From the NCBI GenBank assembly GCA_964016885.1, contig OZ024744.1:67084001-67148000 (forward strand): a stretch of DNA of 64,000 nucleotides, given 5' to 3'. The notes under the pieces were generated by a model, which made no database searches, was not told the DNA's origin, and saw nothing but the letters and a program-made list of their open reading frames with translations. The position numbers and the translations under genes are program-made. Shown one piece after another: positions 1 through 13,034 of this stretch; within the stretch, counting starts at the first letter, position 1, and every line of letters starts with the position of its first letter. Source of the stretch: Eledone cirrhosa. Its lineage: Eukaryota.

Positions 1-2720
1 TCACCGTTTGGGAACATCTGGAGATGCTGTAGCCTCAGCGCATGTTTGTACATCATCAACCACGGTTTTCCCAACCCTATTATGCAGTAGCAGATAGACC
101 ACCGCACTAATGGAGCCTGTTCTTTCCACAAGAATTTGAAGTGCAGGGGATCCAGTTTGACGAAGTGTTTACGGGGACCAAGGAACGAAGGCCAGGCGGT
201 AATAGATGACCGACACGATGTACGCGTTTGCCATACACACCCAACCTTTTGGGGGTAGTTTCCTCTTGGTCCGTTATGGGTCCCAGCATGCGTCCAAAAT
301 GCCATTCCAATCTGTCACTAATAATAAAGGGCGTGACATTTTTTGAAAGGCATCCGGGCGCCTGAAGAAATCCGGCCGTTGAGCCTCGGTCGGTGCGTAG
401 ACGGTCACTAGTCTAAAGGCACCACCTTCTCTTTTGCCCACATCCAGGACCACCAACATATCGTCCTGGTTCAGGAAGATCGTCCGTGCATCGAAATCCA
501 GACCTTTCCTAAAAAGGACTGCCATCCCGCCTCGCCTCCAATTTCATGCCGAGTAAGAGATTGTTAGATCTCAAAATCGTTAAAAATGGACGCTAATGCA
601 CGCGTGTCGGAAATCCTGATTTCGTTGACGGTAGTCCATATCCAATTACCTGAGGTCGTTCACCAAGAGACTTTGTTTCCTTGACGGATGACCCGAGACC
701 ATAAACATTTAAACACCCCACTTTTAGAATTGCTATGTTGGCTGGTTGATTAAAAGAGAGAAGTGGGGCTATTTACCTTCCGGGTGCTGTTTGAGATCGG
801 GTGGTTCGACCTGCATATCTGATGAGGCTTCCTCTGGGAAACCCTTTAAAAACCTTCTCGTGGCTTTTATGTTAGGAGTTTCCACATCGTGGAGGAGGCA
901 ATTGCTAATGTTCATGTTAGCACCTAGCGACATTCACACCATCATTAGTGTTTCAAGCACTTTGAAAGTGCTGGTGCCGAAAATCTCCCCCTCTTTCTTA
1001 ATGTTCTCACTTCGTGATATGAGGTTCATTAGTTTTATTTGCCTTCCTCACTAACACTAGGTTCGGTGTATGTGTTGTTTGCTGTTGGTTTTGTGTGTTG
1101 GTTTTCTTTAAGTTATGGTTGTTTGTGGTTGTGGTAGAGTTGATGGTGGTGTCGATGGTGTTTGTGTTGTCAGTTGAGGTGGTGGTGAAAGTGGTGTTGT
1201 TTCAGATGTGTTTGCCTTTGGTGTGTGTGTATTTTCTGGAGTGGGTATTGGTGACTGGTAGGGTGTGTTGTCTGATTTATTAGATTTATTATTTTCTTAG
1301 TGTCTTTTTTTTTTAGTTTTTGCGGTTCCCCTTCTCATTCACTGGGAGATGACGAGGTGATTGCATCTGATAATGGTGGTGGTGGAAGTATGTTTGTGTC
1401 TTTGTGTATGTGTGTGTTTAGAACGAGTGGAGTGAGAGAGTGAGGTGGAAAAGGAGAGCTTTCTTGACGGACCCCCCTGGGTGGTTTTATTGGAGTGTGT
1501 TGTTGTTGGTCTTATTGGTGTGTTGGAGTTACTGCTGTTGTTGGTGTTGTTGGTGCCACAGTTGCTGTTGCCATTAGCTGTTGATGCTGTTGAAAGCCCT
1601 GGTGTTGGCAGCAATAGTACTCTGTGGTTCCCGACTGTCTTCTGTAGAGAGAAGATAGCTCTTAGGTATGTAGTTGGTCCACATCGGTGACACATAGACC
1701 TTTTGCTCTCAATGACCACCCGTAGCTCTACTCCACTCTGAAAGCGCATTAGCTCTAGGATCTTGTCAATATCCTCTGGTTTGATATGGAGAAGTATCTC
1801 CAGGCTGATCCCAGAACAGTTCTATCTCCAGATCCCATTTACCTCCAGGAACGTTTCCCTTTCATCTAGGACGATGCATGCTATGATCCACAGGATGTTT
1901 AATTCTGGTGGGATCCCAGTAATTCGGATATTCAGTGTCCTTCTTCCCATGTAAGAGGGAAATACTATGAAATGATTCGTTTTACAGGGTATCACAGAGT
2001 ACTAATTTTGAAGAGCACTGAGATGCTTCCAAACTGCTTGGCCCTTGAAACATGTATGTCCGACATCAAGCCCTTTAGAGCTACCTCCATGTGGGATTGT
2101 GGGGCCAGCTCCGGCTTTTTGAACTTGATGCCGATACATGTGTAAGTAAGAGTTTTTCCCGTCATTTTTCCCCTGACAGAACAATTATGTTGGCTCAGGT
2201 TTTCTCTTATAAGTTTGGTCGCGTGAGCTAAATATTTTTCTCTCCCACTCAAATCTATATAGAACGTGCTTTTGTTGTTGCAGTTGTCGCTGCTGCTGAT
2301 GTCGTGATTGTTGTCATTTGTTTTGTTGTTGACGTTACTGCTGCTGCTGGTTTTGTTGTTTTTGTTGTTATTGTTACTGTTACTGTTGTTCTTGTTGTTG
2401 ATGATGGTGGTGGTGGTGATGATTGGGTCTTTGATGATGCCTATAGTGGTGGCAGTAGTGGTGACGCTATTGTCAACCTTTGGACTCCAGTTCAAAGCGG
2501 TTTCACGTGACATGACGTTTTTTCTGCGCGTAAATTATTATTGTAAAGTTAGAATATATAGTCCAAAGGCCCAAATATTATGGGGTCGCCCGTCTTCAGG
2601 GCAAAGATTAATGCTTTATGTATGTCCTCTTTGTAACAACAACAAAATATAACAGATAACGATATAAATGTGAGAAAACAGCAAACGTATGGGAGCTTAC
2701 AACAACACGTCTGTACAAAC
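1..2720 (-). mobile_element. Tx1/L1-like non-LTR retrotransposon copy A; degraded, RT domain deleted, runs off the window start
   Basis: ORF1 remnants at 2513-770 (N/T-rich N-terminus, decayed knuckle CHRCGPTTYLRAIF). APE endonuclease at 739-280 (FRLVTVYAPT, DWNGILDA). At ~276 the sequence jumps to post-RT sequence (ANAYIVSVIYYRL, MMYKHALRL) homologous to ~34175-34460 of copy C. The 5' end abuts (TAA)n at ~2722. Confidence 0.85.
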
Positions 2721-2724
2721 CAAT

Positions 2725-3965
2725 AATAATACTAATAATTCAGTTACAATACAAAGCCAATCATTTTTGAGGAAGGGTAACATTAGTTATATTGGCCCTC
2801 ACAGCTTGACAGGTATTATATTTTATCAACCCGAGAAGAATGAAAAGTAAATTTGAACTTAGCATAATTTGAACGTAAAGAGCCGTAACAAATACTTCAA
2901 AGAAGTTCGTTCAATGCTAAAAATATTGGGCTGGGCGAGTGGTAGGGATTAGGGGAATTAATTAGATCGTGTAGATGACTAGAAGTTGATTTTGTTAATC
3001 CCAGAAGAATGAAAGGCAAAGTTGACCTCCTTGAAATTTGAACCCAAAATGTAAAGAGTCGGAAAAAAAATACAAAGCTTTTGGGTCAACATTCTAATGA
3101 TTCTGCCAATCTACCAATAATAATAATTGTTTCTACTTTTGGCACAAAGCCAACAATTATCCCAGTGTATTACTGGTACTTTATTCATCCTTTTTCTAAA
3201 TTTGTCTCTGAGTGGTTGAGAGAAGTGAGAAAGTGATATAGAATAATAATCGACACTAGTATTGCACTGATACTTCATTGATCTCAAAAAGGCTGAAAGG
3301 CAAATTTGACCTCAGCAGAATTTGTGCTCACAAAGCAAATGGCTGGAAAAAATAATTGTTTTCATTTTTGACACAAGGCCAGCAGTTTGAAGGAGAGGGG
3401 TAAGCTAATTAAATTGACCCCAGTGTTACTTGTACTTTATTTTATCGAACCCTATAAGGATGAAAGACAAAGCTGAACCTGGCGGGATTTGAGCCAAGAA
3501 CATAAAGGCCATAACACTATGCTGCAAAGCATGTTGCCTGATATTCCATTGATTCTGAGAATATCAGCAATTTTTTTTTTTTTTTTTTTTGTGGGATGGG
3601 GAAAGTCGATTAAATGAATCCCAGTGCATTACTGGTACTTTATTTTATCGACCACAAAATGATGAACTTGGCGGGATTTTAACTCAGAACATAAAACATT
3701 GTAATTCTATCCGCAAAACATGTTATCCGACGCTCTACCAATTCTGTCAATCCACCACCAAAGAGCTAGAACAAATAATGATTTCTACTATAGGCACAAG
3801 GCTAGTAATTTGGTGGAGGGGAAAGTCGATTAAATCGACCCCAGTATGTTAACCTCGGCGAGATTTGAACTCAGACCGTAAAGGACCGTAACTCTCTGCT
3901 GCAAAGCATGGTGTCCGACGCTCTACCGATTTTGCCAATCCATCGCATTAGAGCTTGAACAAATA
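2725..3965 (-). mobile_element. Cluster of diverged, partial tRNA-derived SINE copies (octopod-type)
   Basis: Repeated ggcacaaggccagcaatt...actggtactttattttatcgaccc...ggatgaaaggcaaag...ttgaactcag motif, matching the complete copy at 35624-35810. Confidence 0.85.
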
Positions 3966-4052
3966 ATATAAATCATTCTATCCAATGTTCTTATGACTCT
4001 GTCAATTAGTTGCTCCTGGCTTAATATATCTCCTATTTTAATTCCTTTTAAG

Positions 4053-4240
4053 AGTGGTGGATTGGCAGTATCGGTAGAGCAGCAGACGCCATGCTTTGCA
4101 GCATAGAGTTATGGCTCTTGCCATTCTGAGTTCAAATCCCGCCGAGGTTAACTTTGCCTTTCATCCTTACGGGGGTCGATAAAATAAAGTACCAGTAATG
4201 CAATGGGGTAATCGCTGGCCTTGTGCCAAAAGTAGAAACT
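4053..4240 (+). mobile_element. tRNA-derived SINE, near complete
   Basis: A-box-like tggcagtatcgg, B-box-like gagttcaaatcc, shared body, and gccttgtgccaaaagtagaaac end. Confidence 0.9.
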
Positions 4241-4424
4241 CTATTTTAATTCCTTTCACCTAGTCTTGTCATTGCTTGCCTTTAATTGTGTTCTTTCTGT
4301 TGCAGACATTTGTAGCAAACCTCCATTATTCGACATTTTTACCGGCAGGTTTTGACTTTTTGATATTCAGGTTGTACATTGTCCACATTGTCCTCATCAA
4401 TGTCGTCCAATGGGAGAATCATTA

Positions 4425-4425
4425 A

Positions 4426-4483
<58 letters not shown>

Positions 4484-4497
4484 TGTTGTTGTTGTTG
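4425..4497. repeat. (ATT)n/(GTT)n microsatellite
   Basis: Read directly from the sequence. Confidence 0.95.
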
Positions 4498-4997
4498 AAA
4501 ATATCTAGGTACTTTTATTGTGACAAGTATATAATAAAATTAAAAAGAAAATAAGCAAGGACACAAACAAAAAAAAAAGCAAAATAATCCCAAAACAAAA
4601 CAAAACTAAACAAGACAGAAATCAACAACAACAACAATAACCTAACACTATATCAGGTGATCTCCCTTTATTATAATGATTTTTTTTTTTACTTTTTACT
4701 TTTTTGGAGTTTTTATTTTTATTTTTGTTAAATATCAGTTACATAAATCATAAAAATGCTAAAAATATATCTTTCCTTATGTAAACAGGAATATAAATGT
4801 TTCAATAGCTCAAGGATAATGGATATCAGCTAATAATGTCTTAAGGAAAGTTGTGAAGCGAATAAGGTGAATAAGTTTTTCACTAGCGGCTGTGTGTCTA
4901 TGTGTAGACGACAAGTCTGAGAGAACACAGAAGAATTCAATGGTGAAGATTATGCTACATTTAAGATTAAATCAATTTTGTTTACATACAGGATAAT

Positions 4998-5016
4998 GTA
5001 TATATATATATGTGTG

Positions 5017-5054
<38 letters not shown>

Positions 5055-5206
5055 GTGTGCGTGTGTGTGCGTGTATGTGTGTGTGTGTGCGTGTATGTGT
5101 GTGTATAAGTGTGTGCGTATGTGTGCGTGTACGTGTGTGCGTGTATGTGTTTCAATGTGTGTGTGTGTGTGTGTGTCCCTATTGAAATGGTGATTGAATA
5201 CACATT

Positions 5207-5238
<32 letters not shown>

Positions 5239-5364
5239 CATACACATACACACACAAATATAAGCATATGGATATGTTAGTATATATATGTATATATATG
5301 TGTGTGTGTGAGTGCGTGTGCGCGTGTCTGTGCGTGTGTGAGCGTGTGTGTGTATAAATGTATG

Positions 5365-5436
<72 letters not shown>

Positions 5437-5793
5437 ACATCCTCATATACACAAAACTACATGCACACACACACAACACACACACACCACACACACACCA
5501 CACACATTTACATATACACATATTACCGTATAAACGTTTAAAAAGACGGTTTATATGAATTTCTCAGATGGTTTGCTAGGAACTGTATGTACTGTTTGGT
5601 TACCTAGGTGACCTAATTAGATGATTGCGGTGGTAGCAGAATAGCTCAAATGGAGAAGACAGCAGTACAGGGATCTCATTTCTGTATCGGTGGCAAAGTC
5701 TCTCTCTCTCTTTCTCAATGTCTCTCTCTCTCAACCTCTCTCTCCTCTTCTCTCCTCCTTCTCCACTCCTCTCTCACTCTCACGGTCTCTCTT

Positions 5794-5832
<39 letters not shown>

Positions 5833-5875
5833 CACTCTCCCTCCCTCGCTCACTCTCTCTCTCTCCCTCTCCCCC

Positions 5876-5912
<37 letters not shown>
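4998..5912. repeat. Compound (TG)n/(CA)n/(TA)n/(CT)n microsatellite region
   Basis: Read directly. It explains the CV-, HT-, YI- and SL-rich ORFs in the track. Confidence 0.9.
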
Positions 5913-5914
<2 letters not shown>

Positions 5915-6082
5915 GGAAAAAGTATGACCCCGACGGCAGAGCCGTCCAGAAATAGCCGTCGAAACGGCTTGAGCTCTGCCGTCGGGGTCATACTTTTTCC
6001 TATTACCCACTCTATTACCCTAAGTATTGAGTACTCTGGTGCGTTATGGTCCATCTGGTTCCTTACCACAATTCCTTTGTTA
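5912..6082 (+). mobile_element. PLE pLTR-derived fold-back element, family H1 (other copies at 45475-45618 and 46628-46808)
   Basis: 5912-5942 is an inverted copy of 5973-6002. Holds the 3' half of an HHR (gccgtc-GAAA-cggc...gccg-TC) and is flanked by (TA)n. Confidence 0.75.
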
Positions 6083-6105
6083 TATATATATAAATATATA
6101 TATAT

Positions 6106-6940
6106 CAGGTCTGTTGTTTAACCTGATTAGTTTTTTTATTGTTTTGGTATTGTATGGCTGGGTTTTGCCTGCCGCAATTTTCAATTTGTCAAGCTATCTA
6201 AACGTAATGTTCTTACTCTGAGGACTAACCCTTATTGAGTGCTTTGCTACTCATTCCTAATTGGAGGTCGACTTTGCTTGGCTGCAGCTAAAGCTTTGAT
6301 TTTACTAAGCTTCCACTTGTATTATTATCTCCTAGATGTAATAATTAATTAATTAATTTAATTAGACAATTCTGTTGATTCGTTAATTATTTATGTTTGT
6401 TTAATAACGTCTAGTTGACAGCTTTTATTCGGAATGTTGAGCGGAATTATTTTCCTTTGTTAATACTTTGAATTTACCCGCCAAAAACCGGGGATTGCTT
6501 CCCTTGTTGGAAATAACACGTGACAACGAGGCTGTCTATTGTAGCGGTCGCATTGAGTTAAAGTTCACACCCGTTTGAAGCATAGAACAAAAACCTGTCG
6601 ATGAAGTGAAAATCCTGTTCGATCATCAAATACCACAAGCTTACGTGTTACGTAAGTTGGATTGATGATTTCGGATTCATAGAAACATATCGGACGTATT
6701 GCAGAATATCGTTCGATCTGTCCAGGTCTGTTGTTTAACCTGATTAGTTTTTTTCGTTGTTTTGGTATTGTATGGTTGGGTTTTGCCTGCCGCAATTTTC
6801 AATTTGTCAAGCTATCTAAACGTAATGTTATTACTCTGAGGACCTACCCTTATTGAGTGCTTTGCTACTCATTCCTTATTGTAGGTCGACTTTACTTGAC
6901 CGCAGCCAAACCTTCCATTTTACTAAGCTTCCACTTGTAT
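6106..6940 (+). mobile_element. Non-coding retrozyme-like element: 617-nt monomer plus a 216-nt partial repeat
   Basis: Direct repeat 6106-6322 / 6723-6938, type-I HHR fold at 6586-6735, (TA)n on both sides, and no meaningful ORF. Confidence 0.75.
6586..6735 (+). ncRNA. Type-I hammerhead ribozyme with extended stems II/III and variant core UCGAUGA
   Basis: Stem I aacaaaaacctg/caggtctgttgtt. Stem II includes atcatcaa/ttgatgat and gcttacgt/acgtaagt. GAAA at 6682-6685. Stem III acatatcggacg/cgttcgatctgt. Cleavage triplet GUC at 6720-6722. Confidence 0.7.
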
Positions 6941-6944
6941 ATAT

Positions 6945-7620
6945 ATAGTTCAAAATGACAAACAAACAAACGCAGGAGTCAATGTACATAGTGTTATTAG
7001 CTTCACACTTGGTGAGAATGGGGGAGGTTACGACGTTTCGGACATAAGTCCTTCATCATTAGAGTAGGGGGATCTCCGAAAGGGAATGAGGTGGAGAGTT
7101 AGCAGGAAAAACATGAAAGGACGGGAGAAATAGAAATAAAGATAAAACATGAAATCAAAATAAATAGAAACACAATTAAACGGTATATATATATATATAT
7201 GAATAAAATAAAACAAAATTTAAAAAAGGAAAGTGAAGGGGTGGAAGGGGTGCAGGGGTCCGGGATGGCAAGGGTGTGGTAGTGGGCGAGAGAGGGGGAG
7301 TTGAAGCAAAAAAATTGGACTCCGAGTAGGGATGGTGGATGAGCAGTTGTGTGTGTTTGTGTAGATGTAGGTATGTGTGTGTGTTTGTGTGACTGGAGGG
7401 TGGCGAATGAGATCGTGTCAAATCCGGAGAAGTTGTGGGGTGATGTGTGGGTGTATGTGTAGATATGCACGTGTATGTGTGTGTGTTTGTGTGGTTAAGA
7501 GAGCGAGTGCGTGATGTGTCTGTAGGTGGTGTGGGTTCGTGTGAAATAGGTAGTTGCGTCTGTGCGGAAATGGTGCAAGTGTCTGGTGTGTCTAAGTTTC
7601 TGAATGGATGTTCTTGTTGT
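6945..7620 (-). mobile_element. Decayed PLE 3' end/pLTR
   Basis: Minus-strand HHR-like aTGATGA-aggac-ttat-gtcc-GAAA-cgtcg-TA at 7029-7059, without a good stem I. Upstream sequence is weakly GIY-YIG C-terminus-like. Confidence 0.4.
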
Positions 7621-8049
7621 GTGTATGTGTGTGTGTGTATGTGTGTGTGCGCGTGTGTGTGTATATATATATATCCATGCTATTGTGGAAAATAGGCGTT
7701 AAACGGTGACGATATCTACCCAACTCTCTCTCTTTCTCTCCCTCTTATATATATATATATATATATATATGTATACGTACATATATGTATACAGACGTAC
7801 AGTAGTATGTATATATATACATACTACCGAACATTTATTATATTGCTCGGTTTGTTGTTTGTAAACAAACAAGCCGCTACGTGCATATATATATGTGTGC
7901 ATGTATGTATATATATACATACTACTGTATGTCTGTATACATATATGTATGTACGTATACATACATACTTACATTTAAGTAAATGCCGTACTAAGAGTGA
8001 GAAATGAAATTTCGTTTCATTCTATTCCATTTATATATATATATATATA

Positions 8050-8995
8050 TGTATTGAAATTTCCGTTGAAAACAGAAAAGGTCATAGAAGTGAAGAGTGC
8101 TCTATGTAAGTACCAGAGCAAAATTTAATGTATAAAAATCAATACAATATAATTACCTCATTACCAGAGGTTTCCCGAATGGGGCGAATACGAAAGAAAC
8201 GTCTTCATTCGTTCGTCAGACGAGGCAATATAAAAAACATGGGTAAATACTTGGAAAGTCTCATCAAGAAAAGCAAAAAAAAAATATAGACAAATGAATT
8301 AGAATATGAAATATATAAAAATCTTTCAAGAAATATAGTTAGGTGTGTGTATATGTATGTATATACGCTCACAGATGTGCATATATGTGTATGCACAAAT
8401 GTATACGTATAGTGAAAAAGTGTGCGTAAATATATAATTTAGGGAAAATGTATCTGTGTATCTGTAAACTACAGACAGAATAGATACATCATAAGAATAT
8501 GAAGGCGCGCGCATAAACACACCTACACACACGTACACTTATATGCGGAAGTAAAAGAGGTAAGGGAGTGTAATAAATAAAGGAAAGTATCAATCTCGAT
8601 ATATTTATAAAAATGGAACAATAATTTAGAAAGAAAAAAATTAAAGAAAAGAAGACAAACAAGGTACACGTATACACACACGTATACCTCACAAAAGAAA
8701 CACAGAAATATACATGCTTATATACACACGCACACTTACACATCCAATATATATACAGAAAATTGACCTTTCTATCTTGTTGTTGAGTAGCCTTTTATCG
8801 TTCCTAAGGATATACAGTAATTCAAGGTGCAGAGCCTACAATAGGACATACCGGTACTATATGCCCTTGCGGCCGACAACCTCGACCAGTTGATATTGTA
8901 GTCGATGTTTTTGTCCTTAAGTTCCCAGATTTTTTTGGCGAGGGTTGTAGAATCTATTAGTGCACGGTTCTTCATCGAATGTCTGTGCACACTAC
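8050..8995 (-). mobile_element. PLE 3' fragment (GIY-YIG C-terminus plus pLTR)
   Basis: ORF 8772-8990 HRHSMKNR...TLAKKIWELKDKNIDYNINWS...YCRLC matches the C-terminus of the 52020-53247 PLE. Decayed HHR core (CTGACGA) at ~8213-8219. Bulged hairpin at 8099-8119. Confidence 0.75.
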
Positions 8996-9504
8996 TCGGA
9001 GTACCCTAACTGGACTACATCTAAGTGGACTACCTATAACAATAATTTGTTCTTACATAAAGTTATGATAGAAGATCTTTAGATAAATACAATCACTTTC
9101 AAATAAACAGATTTACATCTTAGAACCAACAGCAATTTGGTATTAAAAGAATTAATGAAAGAATACTTTTTATCTGCAAGATTTTCTGTTATCAACAAGG
9201 AGGACCTCCTCATAATTCGGTCCGCTTCCTTTCATCCTTTCTGGCTGTCATATACAGATCGATGTTTTTTTCTTTTCTTTTTTCTTTTTGATGTTTCGAT
9301 GACAAATTAAAAACAAAGTTGATACATTTGTCTACTTTTAGAGATTGATGAAAAGAAACGACCATTCGCCACTGCACCCAACTAGTTTTATCATAAAAGT
9401 TTCAATAACAATTGAAAGTAAAATTACCTTAATAAAGCAAAAAATAAAAAACTTATGGAACTACAAAATACCGTGGTTTTATGACCAGAAAACAACAGCG
9501 AAAA

Positions 9505-10790
9505 TAATGATTTCTATTTTAATTGCTATTTTAACACGCTGTGAGGAAGGATAAATCGAGTAGACCCGAGTACGTAACTGGTTCTTTATCATATCGGTCT
9601 TAGATGAAAGGCAAAGTTAGTTGACCTCGGTGGGAGTTGAACTCAGAAAGTAAAAACCTGTGACTAAACATCGTGGAGCATTTTGTCCGTTGCTCTAGCA
9701 ATTCTGCCAATCCACTGCCATTAAAACAGTAACAATAATGGTTTCTCATTTAGATACAAGTTCAACAATTATGGGGATAGGGGTAAGTCAATTGAATTGA
9801 TCTCAGTGTGTTACAAGTACTTTATTTTAACGACCCCGTAAGAATGAAAAGCAAAGCTTAACCTCAGCAGGAAAGGGTCATAACTATATGCCAAATGGTT
9901 TCTGATTTGGGCATAAGGCCAACAATTTTGTGGTAAGGGAAAGTAGATTTAACCGACCCCAGTGCGTTACTGCTACTTTATTTTATCGACCCCGTAAGGA
10001 TGAAAGGCAAAGCTAACCTCGGCGGGATTTTAATTCAGAACGTAAAGGGTCATAACTCTATGCTGCAAAGCATGGTGTCTGACGCTCTAACGATACTACC
10101 AATCCACAGTAATAATGTCACTAGAGTCCCACACATTGGAAACTGTACAATAGCTAGAAACCAAATCATTAACCAAAAAGACTATAACAATTTATAATAA
10201 TGGTTTCTAATTTAGGCACATGGCCAGCAATTTGGCGGTAGGGGAAAGATGTTTAACTAACCTCAATACGTGACGGGTAATTTATTTTATCGACCCCGGA
10301 AGGATGAAAGGCAAAGTTGACCTCTAATAATAATTGTTTCTACTTTTGGCACAAGGCCAGTTGACCTCTAATAATAATAATCATTTTCTAATTTAGGCAC
10401 GAGGCCAACAATTTTAGTATCAAGGCAAAGGTGATCTCTAATAATAATAATTGTTTCCAATTTTGGCACAAGGCCAGCAAATACCCAGAGCATTACTGGT
10501 ACTTTATTTTATCGACCCCGTAAGGATGAAAGGCAAAGTCAACCTCGGCGGGATTTGAACTCAGATCGTTAAGGGACGTAACTATGCTGGAAAGCATGGC
10601 GTCCGACCCTCTACCGCCTTTTCTCTAATAATAATAATGATTTCTAATTTAAGCACGAGGCCAGCAATTTTGGTGGGAAGGGCAAAGTTGATTAAATCAA
10701 TCCCACCCAATACTTGATTTTATATTAACGACCCCAGAAGAACAAAAGGCAAAGTTGACTTTAACGGTAGTTGAACTCAACAATGAAAAA
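9505..10790 (-). mobile_element. Tandem/nested SINE cluster in (TAA)n
   Basis: Several full and partial copies of the same SINE separated by taataataat tails. Confidence 0.85.
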
Positions 10791-11123
10791 CTGATAGTAA
10801 TAAAGTTAAAAAAAAAAAAAAAGAATGATAAAATAACACGAAAGGACTTCTAATATACAGAACAGTCAGATAATGTGATTTGAAGCACATCACACTCAAT
10901 CAAACTTCTTTCAATTCTTGCCAACAACTTAAAAGCTTCATATAAATAAAATAAGCCCATTTAGATATGCCATTTTCACTAGCTTCATCTACTTTTCATA
11001 AAATTTGCTGGAATGAGAAACTACCTTCATCTTTTTCTGGCAGTGATATCTGAAACATTCTGTCTTCAAATCTTTCTACCATATCCACCACAAAACTTTC
11101 TCTACTATAGCCACAAGCCTGGT

Positions 11124-11182
11124 CAGGGCTGGATTATCTCCCTTTGAGGCCCTGAACACTCAACAGATTTTGGGGCCCTCCC
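11124..11182. mobile_element. Possible hAT-type terminus
   Basis: cagggctggatt...ggggccc resembles CAGGGCCGGATT-type TIR ends; a similar cagggtcggattt lies at 39556. No partner TIR found. Confidence 0.3.
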
Positions 11183-11299
11183 TACCTTTATATAAAATCT
11201 GGAAAAAAAATATTAATGGGTAATGACAAATATATTTAATTTAAGTAAAACGTTGCCCTTCTTCTCTTGATATCATAAGCATATTATTATTATTTAGAG

Positions 11300-11840
11300 T
11301 GTCGGACCAAATGCTTCGCGGCATAGAATTTTGACCCTTTATGTTCTGATTTCAAATCCCACCGAGGTTAGATGTGCCTTTCCTCCTTACGTGGACGTGG
11401 ACTATTAAATAAAGTACCAGTAGGTACTGTGGTCAATTTAATCGACTTCCACTTCCCTTCAAATTGCTGGCCTTGTGTAGAAACATTATTTTGCTTAATG
11501 CTTAATCCAGCCATGTCATCATTCAACTTGCTTAATTATAGCCACCAGCCAGGTGAAAACTATTCGCTCTTGCCAAAACAAGTTGGTGGTTGATGTTCAT
11601 GATAGATTTGGCTAATAGTCAGATTTTTTATGCAGAGGATGAAAATTATTTGACATAATTGTTTCTACTTTTGGCACAAGGCCAGCAATTATCCAGTACA
11701 TTACTGGTATTTTATTTTATCGACTCCGTAAGGATGAAAGGCAAAGTTAACCTCGACGGGATTTGAACTCAGACCGTAATGGGAGTAACTATGTTAGAAA
11801 GCATGGCGTCCAACCGATACTGCCAATTTACCGCCCTAAT
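11300..11840. mobile_element. Two SINE copies (+ 11300-11490; - 11655-11840)
   Basis: Same SINE body motifs. Confidence 0.8.
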
Positions 11841-11849
11841 TTGACATAA

Positions 11850-13015
11850 TATCCACAAATTAGCAATGTTTGGTGACTGAAAGAGTACACTCTGGGTGAT
11901 CTCGTCACCCTGTGAACATATCACGGCCAGATTTGGTTGGTTGCTGGTTACTTTAACACAGAGTTACTCTAACAAACTTCCTTTAAATGCAGAGCCCTTT
12001 TTAGTTCAGAAACTTTTGGGGGAACCCCAAAGTCTAATACTGTTATATGGTCGTTATATAGATATACTCCTCTACCTTTTTTCACAGAACCCCAGACACT
12101 CCTTTGAAGAACGCTTGGGTTCCGCAGAACCCACTTTGGGAACCACTTTGGGAACCACTTTGGGAACCACTGCTCATAACCATGCCTATAGAGATTATCT
12201 TAAATATTCAATGCCTCAACGTAGCACTGTTAAGCCAACGATGCAATCCTGGACCTGAAAGTCCTCTGGACTGTCCAAATCGACACCTAGAATTGTACCC
12301 AGGTTATCATTACATATACTCTCTACTAACCGGTTAAGATGCAGGTGTGTTGGCTTTACAGTGACCTCAGTACCCAGTTGGAATATCATAGTGGGCACTT
12401 GGAAACATTCTATATACCAACATTTCAAACTAGGTGTGCTATTAAGTTTGAACTGTAAAGGCATGTCTCATACATAATCAGTACATATGCTCATTGTCAT
12501 CATCCAGGAGTCTTTGTAAATGTCACAGCCTCAGCACGTGCTTGTGCATCATCATCCACAGCATCCTGAGACACATCTAGAGTGTGTATTGGAAAAAATT
12601 GTACCTCTTAGCCAACGGGACTTGCTTCTTCCACAATCTGGTCAGATTTCTCCTAAGAGACAGCATGATGGTCAGCGGGTAGTATAACATCAAATCAATT
12701 TAGGCATCAGCCATTTCTGCACAACCATTTAGAGACAAGGAGTTTGACCAATGGAATAATATTTATACCTGGAAAAAAAAAGCTGAAATGTCAACTAGTG
12801 TTGCTGAAAACTTCTTCCCGTTTTAAATCCACGTGGAAATCTGAACCAAACTAGATCCCAAGCTTTTTAAGAAGAGTTTTATTCCTGACCCCGAGCATGG
12901 TGATTTCCGTTGTGTCCAACATCAAATTGATGGTAACATTAGCATATTCAGAAATGGCTCTCCTGTACCTCAGTTCGAGTAGATGTCCCATCAAAATCTA
13001 AAACGTCTACAGCAA
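11850..13015 (-). pseudogene. Old, heavily degraded Tx1-like ORF2 fragment (end of RT plus C-terminal region)
   Basis: Minus-strand translation fragments align by eye to copies B/C: ISEYANVTI (~SAYADDVTV), SLNGCAEMADA (~SLKGRAEVANA), MMMHKHVLRL, CSQGDE. Contains a 12-bp tandem aaccactttggg x3 at 12128-12170. Confidence 0.65.
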
Positions 13016-13034
13016 TAGCTCAAGAACCAAAATA

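Noticed and set aside
4280-4420. Strong splice-acceptor-like site (ttctttctgttgcag, 4305)
   Set aside because: No convincing donor and no recognisable peptide in any frame.
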